A DNA stretch of 32,000 bases, taken from the NCBI RefSeq assembly GCF_000092465.1, contig NC_014205.1:120001-152000 (forward strand), given 5' to 3'. Both the position numbers and the translations under genes were made by a program. The notes under the pieces were generated by a model. The model saw only the letters and a program-made list of their open reading frames with translations. It did not search any database and was not told the origin of the DNA. Each line of letters opens with the position of its first letter. Within the stretch, counting starts at the first letter, position 1. Source of the DNA: Staphylothermus hellenicus DSM 12710 (lineage in GTDB: Archaea; Thermoproteota; Thermoprotei_A; Sulfolobales; Desulfurococcaceae). Below, in pieces: positions 26,098-32,000 of the stretch.

Positions 26098-27528
26098 TTA
26101 TAGCAGGGTATTTCTCCTGAGAGAATCCTTGTTTTCTAGAACATACTTAGCTACTTCTAGTGCTTTCCTATATAGTTTCTCGGGTATGATTCCTTTTTCA
26201 TAATATGTTTTAAGCTCTTCTTCATCAATAATATATGCTTCACCAGTGTTTTTCACAATGACATCTATTAATAGATCATGATACTTTATTGTGCCGGGAA
26301 GTATTTCTGGCGGTGTATTTATATTTATATATGAGCCGAGCCATTCATTTCCGCGGTAATAGTTATGGCTTATTATCCATGAATTCTCCTCGATCACCAT
26401 ATAATCTATGTCTCTAGGCTTCTTTTCCACGCCTAATCCATCATAGACTCCTATACTCTTCAATGTTCTCTTTAAAACAATCTTTACTCCATTCTCAGAT
26501 TTCACTATCTCATGTATTGTTCCCGGAGATAATGTATGGGTTATTCCATCTGGTTTTTTATGTATAATCCTTATTTTTGGGAGAGACTTGTTTTTTTCTA
26601 AGATATAATCCAATAACGAGTTATGTATTGTTTCTTTGGAGACGCTGTGTCTAAGAAGGATCTCTGAGTAATCCACTATATCACTCATAGCATTATTGCA
26701 GCTTTTAAGGCTATGATGCCTAGTAATTGTAGGTATTACTTTGTCTCTATATGAATCAAGTTTTTCTTTTGCTAAACTAGTTAAGCCTATTAAACCTATG
26801 AATTCTCCCTCATAAAGTATTTTAGGAGCATCTTCTATGTGTTTAGCTTTATCTAGCAGTTCTCCTAGTTTTTGTTTTAACTCATCTATTTCTCTCTCTA
26901 TTTCTTCCTTCCCAGCATATTTACTACTGCTTCTTAAATGAACTCCCAGTCCTGAACCCATTATTTTAGACATAGCAATAGCTAGTAGATATTCTCTTTT
27001 ATCCCGGTCACGTATGTGCTCCGATATTGTTAGGGAGGGTTTTCCATATATTATGGATACATATTTACCGATTACCCGGATATTACGTGTCAGTAATGCT
27101 TCTTCGCCGGGTTTAATAGGGGCTTTAGCTACTCCAACTAAAACCTTTTTGCCAATATCCAAGTTGCAGCGGGGAAGTATTCCTTTAACATTGTTTCCTA
27201 TCTCCACTATGCATTTATCCCCTATCTTATCCCTAATCAAGCCTACATGGATACTGTGTAGTCCTACTGGCGAAATCCATTTGAAAGCATACTCTAGTTC
27301 TTCCACGAGATCATTATATACTTTATCGGCGTGGCCGTAGAAGCCTAATACTAATAATTCGTCTTTATCAGCATCTTTAACGGTTACATCAGCTGGAGAA
27401 GTGTCTAGGGGAAGGTTGAGTCTTTCACGTATAATATTGCTTGCTTGAACTATTCTATATCCTTTATCTAATAATATCTTTGAAACAGCAGTTGCAGTAA
27501 TACCTCTAACTCTAACTCCTGTACACAA
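26098..27528 (-). CDS. FAU-1-like RNA-binding protein / RNase E/G-like (aRNase G) with a C-terminal DUF402-like domain
   Basis: 476 aa. The N-terminus VRVRGITATAVSKILLDKGYRIVQAS resembles the archaeal FAU-1 N-terminus. An S1-like region is present, and the C-terminal YHDLLIDVIVKNTGEAYIIDEEEL resembles DUF402. Confidence 0.6.
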   Translation of the reverse strand: MCTGVRVRGITATAVSKILLDKGYRIVQASNIIRERLNLPLDTSPADVTVKDADKDELLVLGFYGHADKVYNDLVEELEYAFKWISPVGLHSIHVGLIRDKIGDKCIVEIGNNVKGILPRCNLDIGKKVLVGVAKAPIKPGEEALLTRNIRVIGKYVSIIYGKPSLTISEHIRDRDKREYLLAIAMSKIMGSGLGVHLRSSSKYAGKEEIEREIDELKQKLGELLDKAKHIEDAPKILYEGEFIGLIGLTSLAKEKLDSYRDKVIPTITRHHSLKSCNNAMSDIVDYSEILLRHSVSKETIHNSLLDYILEKNKSLPKIRIIHKKPDGITHTLSPGTIHEIVKSENGVKIVLKRTLKSIGVYDGLGVEKKPRDIDYMVIEENSWIISHNYYRGNEWLGSYININTPPEILPGTIKYHDLLIDVIVKNTGEAYIIDEEELKTYYEKGIIPEKLYRKALEVAKYVLENKDSLRRNTLL

Positions 27529-27562
27529 TCTCCCACTAACCCCTTCCTAGATGAGGGAATCA

Positions 27563-27835
27563 TTAATCTCTAACCGTTTCCAGTATAGCTATTATTTGCC
27601 ATATTTTCGTCCTAGTATTAATAGGCATGTTTGGATCTTGGCTGATAGAATCTAGTACACTAATAGCATTAGCAGCTCTAACACCTGGTGTGAGTTTAGG
27701 GTTTCGTAGATGATTCAATGCTTCAGTTGCAGCCCTCCTAATATTTCTTGGAACAGCTGTGTCATTGATTATGCTCATCAACATGTACATAGCATTTCTG
27801 ATCTTAGTTTCATTATCCATTAATCTAACACCCAT
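27563..27835 (-). CDS. UPF0147-family small conserved archaeal protein
   Basis: INDTAVPRNIRRAATEALNHL ... VRAANAISVLDSISQDPNMPINTRTKIWQIIAILE matches the UPF0147 signature (VPRNIRRAA ... DPNMP..tRt.iW). Confidence 0.7.
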   Translation of the reverse strand: MGVRLMDNETKIRNAMYMLMSIINDTAVPRNIRRAATEALNHLRNPKLTPGVRAANAISVLDSISQDPNMPINTRTKIWQIIAILETVRD

Positions 27836-27981
27836 TCACTCCACACCTCCACCATATACTGACCCGATACGTGTTTAATCAGTATAAAACTAAATAATCA
27901 TCGACACATTATGGACAATAAATATTTTCCTCTATAAAGAATATCTGGGACATACTAGTATTATAAGTATTGGTGGAGAAA

Positions 27982-28338
27982 ATGAGTGGAAAAATTGATC
28001 CAGTAAAGAAAATGGCTGAGCTATTAAAGAGTGGTGCAACAATGCTTGGAGAAACATGTCCTGTTAAGGGATGTAATCTCCCATTATTTAAGCTTCCAAG
28101 CGGAGAAATAGTTTGTCCTGTTCATGGAAAAGTATACATGGTTAAAACAGAGGAGGAAGCACTTGAGGTAAAGGAGAAAGTTTCGCTTAAAAGTGTTCTG
28201 GATAAATTGGAGAACAAAGTATTATTGATCCTAGATGATCTCTCGAGTAACTCTATTCCTCAAACCTCAGAGCTTATAGAGTGGCTGGAAGTACTTGAAC
28301 GTATAAGGAGAATAAAGAAGCTTATTAGTGAAAAATAG
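27982..28338 (+). CDS. UPF0148-family Zn-ribbon protein (autoantigen p27-like)
   Basis: MAELLKSGATMLGETCPVKGCNLPLFKLPSGEIVCPVHG matches the UPF0148 N-terminal pattern. I place the start at the ATG at 27982, preceded by GGTGGAG. The track ORF begins at the TTG at 27970. Confidence 0.65.
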   Translation: MSGKIDPVKKMAELLKSGATMLGETCPVKGCNLPLFKLPSGEIVCPVHGKVYMVKTEEEALEVKEKVSLKSVLDKLENKVLLILDDLSSNSIPQTSELIEWLEVLERIRRIKKLISEK

Positions 28339-28351
28339 AGATCTAGAAAAT

Positions 28352-28951
28352 CTAGAAAACAATGTGTTCAAAAACTATTTTCTCAACATCACGATATACT
28401 TTGTCGAACTCTCTATTCGCATCTACAAGAACCATGTAGCCCTTCTTTACAAGCCATAAATAGTTTTCTCTAACCTTATATAGGAAATCTAGTTTCTCAT
28501 ATTCTGGAAAACGAGTGTTTAATCCTTCTCTTCTCTTAACACCTATGTGTGGATCGACGTCTAAATATATTGTTAAGTCTGGTTTGAGAGCATACTTGTT
28601 TATTTCAAGAACCCATTCTATAGGTGCTCCTTGAGCTGATTGATAAGCTGCACTACTATAGTAGTAGCGATCACATATGACAACGTATCCTCTGCGAAGA
28701 TATGGGAGAATATCAGTTCTAATATGGACGAGTCGATCAGCAGCATATGTTAGTGCGTCGAGATACGCATCTCTATATTCATCATATTTTTTCTTTAATG
28801 CTTCAACATATAATGTATCATAGGGCTCATATGTATAGTGCACACTAAATCCTTTCTCAACTAGGAAATCCATAAGTTTAAAGGCAATACTTGTCTTACC
28901 TGCTCCATCTATACCTTCAAGTACTAGGAAGAAACCATTACTCTCTGACAA
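28352..28951 (-). CDS. tmk: Thymidylate kinase
   Basis: P-loop LVLEGIDGAGKTS, a DRY motif (CDRYYYSS) and a lid region. The only possible start is the TTG at 28951-28949, directly after the tnpB stop codon. Confidence 0.9.
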   Translation of the reverse strand: MSESNGFFLVLEGIDGAGKTSIAFKLMDFLVEKGFSVHYTYEPYDTLYVEALKKKYDEYRDAYLDALTYAADRLVHIRTDILPYLRRGYVVICDRYYYSSAAYQSAQGAPIEWVLEINKYALKPDLTIYLDVDPHIGVKRREGLNTRFPEYEKLDFLYKVRENYLWLVKKGYMVLVDANREFDKVYRDVEKIVFEHIVF

Positions 28952-30160
28952 CTATGAACCCCCTCCGTTCTGGTTAGCCGTAACTTTTATTGCTTTTGCT
29001 ACGGCCAGCCTTCCTCTCTCCATTTTCATCGGGTTTTTTCCCTCGAACTTCATTGAGAGGCTTTCAGGGGGAACGGGGACTCCCCTCATCCTGAGCATGT
29101 TTATGCAGGCTATGATGTCTCTATCATTTATGTATCCGCATTTTCTACACTTCAGGAGCCTCCGCCCATTCGGTGCTAATCTCCCACCACATATCGGGCA
29201 GAGGCGGGAGGTGTTGCGGGGATTAACATAAACAACAGGGATCCCGTTGAGCTTAGCCTTATATTCAATCATGAACTGTAGTTTTCTAAAATTCCATGAA
29301 TGAAGCCTCCTATTAAGATTTCTGTTATATTTGATTCTCTTCCTAATCCCTCTCAAATCCTCCATTATTATGCCTAATCCCTCCTTCTTTGCAAAATCAA
29401 CTATCATCTTTGAGATCTTGTGGCATAAGTCATGAGTCTTTCTCTTCTCCCTTCCAGAATACTTCTTCAACAACCTCCTAGACGTTATCGGCTTGTACCT
29501 TGATAGCTTCTGAATCCTCCTCCTGATCTCGTAATAGGTTGTATGGATCGTTCTGAGGTTATGCTCTATTCTCAGAATATGCGGGTTAGAACTTACACCC
29601 GTAACATTGCTCTCATTAATATCTATTGCAATCCAATCACTAGGATTTGTAAGATCAACCTCCTTCTTGAATGGAATAATAACCTTGTTCTCATTCATCG
29701 TAATTTCTCCAATTCGTAGATTTCCCCTCCTCCACTCCTCAATAAACCTTCTCTGATACTCACCATACCTTAGCTTGACATATAGGAACCTTCTAGGCTT
29801 TACAGAGATCCTGAGCCTCTCACCATCAAATTTTACGAGTTGCTGATCAAATCTTATGAATAGCTTTTTAGCCTTAGGCGGTTTCTTTGGATCTGCTTCA
29901 CCTCTTCTCGTTTTTCGCCTCCAAGACTTCAACATGGAAGACGCTATCCTACATGCTGAATGACAAAAATGTGTTGAGTAATCCCACCTCCTCTTCCATT
30001 CACCGTAGACAAGTTTCCTAAGCCTTGCATATGATGTAACTCCACTTTGTACAGCCTTCTCTATACAGAAATTAACCATATCCCTAAAATCCACCAAAAG
30101 CCTCCTAATCTCCCCACTCTTCTCATACTTGAAGGGTACAGTTAGCGTTACCTCAACCAT
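28952..30160 (-). CDS. tnpB: TnpB (IS200/IS605-family OrfB, IS1341-type) RuvC-like RNA-guided nuclease
   Basis: 402 aa with the split RuvC triad (WIAIDINESN, GIIMEDLRGI, INDRDIIACINM) and the Zn finger CPICGG...CRKCGY after RNTSRLC. GC content is visibly higher than in the flanking genes. Confidence 0.9.
   Translation of the reverse strand: MVEVTLTVPFKYEKSGEIRRLLVDFRDMVNFCIEKAVQSGVTSYARLRKLVYGEWKRRWDYSTHFCHSACRIASSMLKSWRRKTRRGEADPKKPPKAKKLFIRFDQQLVKFDGERLRISVKPRRFLYVKLRYGEYQRRFIEEWRRGNLRIGEITMNENKVIIPFKKEVDLTNPSDWIAIDINESNVTGVSSNPHILRIEHNLRTIHTTYYEIRRRIQKLSRYKPITSRRLLKKYSGREKRKTHDLCHKISKMIVDFAKKEGLGIIMEDLRGIRKRIKYNRNLNRRLHSWNFRKLQFMIEYKAKLNGIPVVYVNPRNTSRLCPICGGRLAPNGRRLLKCRKCGYINDRDIIACINMLRMRGVPVPPESLSMKFEGKNPMKMERGRLAVAKAIKVTANQNGGGS
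28959..28966 (-). promoter_or_regulatory. Shine-Dalgarno-like GGAGGGGG for tmk, embedded in the last codons of tnpB
   Basis: The minus strand reads GGAGGGGG-TTCATAG-TTG. That is a purine-rich anti-16S-complementary block, a 7-nt spacer that includes the tnpB TAG, and then the tmk TTG start. Confidence 0.5.
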
Positions 30161-30247
30161 ATCGATCCTCTCAGTTTTGGCTAGCCATAATAGAGTACTG
30201 CCCTAAAGAGTATATAAACACTTCTTGGAAACAAAAGTATATAAATG

Positions 30248-30643
30248 TTACGAAAGCAACACTATATGTTTCTGCCCCTTCTTGTGAATGATTGTTCTCG
30301 TTTTCTCCAATACGTGTCTAGTAAGTTCATTATAATTGTAAACAACGAATAAAGGGGTATCGGAGAGTACGCATCCAGTAATTAGTATTGGTTCAGCATT
30401 TTCAACGATCATGCATGATGGTGATTTTCCATAGTATTTCAATGCATAAATAATGTATGAGCCAACAGTTGATCCCCTGCTTCCACGGAAAACTAGGGCT
30501 TTTCCAGTAATAGATATGTTTTCAGGTCTCACTATGCCCTTAACAGGATCTACCTCGCCGAAGAAGCTAATGCTTCTATTGATAACTACTGGTTCTCCTT
30601 CACAGTCGCCGTCAACAACTATTTTTATGGGAAAAGTCTTCAA
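30248..30643 (-). CDS. Aconitase X swivel-domain protein (DUF126), small subunit of phosphomevalonate dehydratase-type AcnX
   Basis: 131 aa. EGEPVVINRSISFFGEVDPVKGIV...GKALVFRGSRGSTVGSYIIY is the DUF126 pattern. 4-nt overlap with the large-subunit gene. Confidence 0.75.
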   Translation of the reverse strand: MKTFPIKIVVDGDCEGEPVVINRSISFFGEVDPVKGIVRPENISITGKALVFRGSRGSTVGSYIIYALKYYGKSPSCMIVENAEPILITGCVLSDTPLFVVYNYNELTRHVLEKTRTIIHKKGQKHIVLLS

Positions 30644-31812
30644 CCATAAACAGCCTCCACAACCTTCTTAAAAGAAGACAAACTCACCTTTAACCCGTGG
30701 AGTCTGCGTAGGTAAAAAGCTGCCTTACCACTATTTGTAACAACTATGTCAAAACCATTTTTCAAACGCGACACTATGGGGCATGTGCCTACTGCAACAT
30801 CTACGCCTCGCAGTCTGAGAAACTCTAGTAAATCCCTATATGTTTCAGCATAGATCCCCGGTATGGATACTAATAATGCATTATCTCTTCTAGGAGAGCT
30901 TTTCTCCGACAAGTATTTTACCAGCCAGAATAGTTCCGAGGGGTGTAGGTGTGGGCATCCAATATATCCTAGAATTCTCTGATCACTGCTTGGCTCTTCT
31001 CCCATATATTTCTCTAAACTTGTTTTTTCAACAAATATTTTCTCCACATGATCGCTTATCCTATATGTTTCTCTAGGTGTTAAACCATCTATAACAATTA
31101 ATCCGTGGCTACCGCTAGCCGCTGCAGCTGCTAACAGTATTTTTAAATCATAAATATTCTTTGGGGCATTCTCCAAGATCGGTATTTCTCTAACATGCTC
31201 ACCTATCCATAAACCAGTTGCGCCATAGTAGTCCTCGGATAAATTTTTTGGAAGAACTATTTTCTTCTCAGCAACCCTATTATCTAATAAGTGTAGTCCA
31301 GCATAGTATGTATACCCAGTAATAGCAGCTGCTAATGCAAGGGGTCCTCCCTCCCTATTAGTTCTTGCACCATAGAAGCTGTTAGCAATGATAACAGCAT
31401 TACTTTCCCCCCAAGCTAAATGCTCGTTCACACCAGGTATTCTATGGAAATACGGGATACACGTATATGTTGGTTTAAACCCCATTCCTTCTAGAAACTT
31501 GTTAATAACTAATTGTTTATCATAGTATTCCCTACTTATTATATGAGAGTATCCCAGCAAATCTATGCATCCAGGATTCACAGTTGTATATGCTCGGCTT
31601 CTCCCTCCGTTCTCATATAGTTCTTTAATAAATAATAAGCCGGGCTCGCCTATGTTGCTATAAGATATGCCTGATACGTGGGCATGAGTTATTGGAACAA
31701 GTTTTTCTGCTCCAAGAGCTTCTCCAACCTTAACTATTACTTTTAATGCTTTAGCAGCGACCCATCCATATTCTCCATTAATCATTTTCTCCTGTTCACG
31801 GGTAAGATACAC
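30640..31812 (-). CDS. Aconitase X catalytic-domain protein (DUF521), large subunit of phosphomevalonate dehydratase-type AcnX
   Basis: 390 aa. MYLTREQEKMINGEYGWVAAKALKVIVKVGEALGAEKLVPITHAHVSG is the DUF521 N-terminal pattern, with conserved Cys residues for an Fe-S cluster. GTG start at 31812 overlaps the upstream stop by 1 nt. Confidence 0.8.
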   Translation of the reverse strand: MYLTREQEKMINGEYGWVAAKALKVIVKVGEALGAEKLVPITHAHVSGISYSNIGEPGLLFIKELYENGGRSRAYTTVNPGCIDLLGYSHIISREYYDKQLVINKFLEGMGFKPTYTCIPYFHRIPGVNEHLAWGESNAVIIANSFYGARTNREGGPLALAAAITGYTYYAGLHLLDNRVAEKKIVLPKNLSEDYYGATGLWIGEHVREIPILENAPKNIYDLKILLAAAAASGSHGLIVIDGLTPRETYRISDHVEKIFVEKTSLEKYMGEEPSSDQRILGYIGCPHLHPSELFWLVKYLSEKSSPRRDNALLVSIPGIYAETYRDLLEFLRLRGVDVAVGTCPIVSRLKNGFDIVVTNSGKAAFYLRRLHGLKVSLSSFKKVVEAVYG

Positions 31813-32000
31813 TATGGTATCCCCGCATACCTGTATTTATCCCATGGTTCATTGAATGGTTTGGTAGCGTCAATAATTACTTTATCACCCACCCCCTCAT
31901 TTCCACGTGGATCCAGTGTGCTTCCCCTCATGTTTCTCAGTATAATAATGTCTTCGCTTCCCCTAACCCTTGTAGCTAGAGCCCATTCAATCATGTATGG
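31812..32000 (-). CDS. UbiD-family decarboxylase, C-terminal 62 codons (gene continues beyond the window end); candidate anhydromevalonate-phosphate decarboxylase
   Basis: The frame is open to position 32000. The C-terminal ...RGSTLDPRGNEGVGDKVIIDATKP... resembles the UbiD family C-terminus. The function is inferred from adjacency to the AcnX genes. Confidence 0.65.
   Translation of the reverse strand, partial: PYMIEWALATRVRGSEDIIILRNMRGSTLDPRGNEGVGDKVIIDATKPFNEPWDKYRYAGIP

Larger units (their letters stand above)
28952..30247 (-). mobile_element. Non-autonomous IS200/IS605-type element (tnpB only, no tnpA); ends not defined
   Basis: tnpB plus the 87-nt upstream spacer fill the whole interval between the AcnX small-subunit stop (30248) and the tmk start (28951). 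No Y1 transposase is present in the window. The element ends cannot be set without other copies. Confidence 0.5.

Overview
This is an AT-rich, densely coded archaeal chromosome segment. The gene content (aIF2-alpha, Nop10, PriS, PCNA, TFS, RpoL, Csl4, L10e, Dph2, an intron-containing tRNA, AcnX/UbiD-type mevalonate genes) points to a crenarchaeote of the Desulfurococcales/Thermoprotei type. (i) 1-8299 holds a 13-gene minus-strand operon for an Mrp-antiporter/complex-I-like membrane oxidoreductase of the Mbh/Mbx family; its 'large subunit' keeps only half of the NiFe cysteine ligands. (ii) 8.4-21.4 kb holds information-processing housekeeping genes: an AglB-like/aIF2-alpha/Nop10 operon, a PCNA-PriS-GINS-like operon, TFS, RpoL, Csl4 and an RNA methylase, a ClpP-fold protease, Dph2, L10e and a THUMP methyltransferase. 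(iii) 21.45-26.05 kb is a small accessory island directly 3' of an intron-containing tRNA-Leu(CAA). It carries Csx1 (CARF-HEPN), a 434-aa uncharacterised helical protein, and a divergently transcribed CARF-only gene (APE2256-type, ring-nuclease-like). The window contains no Cas10, no adaptation genes and no CRISPR array, so this island is the best candidate here for an undescribed system. (iv) 26.1-28.95 kb is housekeeping again (FAU-1-like, UPF0147, UPF0148, tmk). (v) A solo TnpB (IS200/IS605 OrfB) sits exactly between the stop of an AcnX small-subunit gene and the start of tmk. (vi) 30.2-32 kb holds archaeal modified-mevalonate-pathway genes (AcnX small and large subunits, UbiD-like). All functional calls come from motif recognition by eye in the supplied translations or my own translations. 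No database or HMM searches were run.
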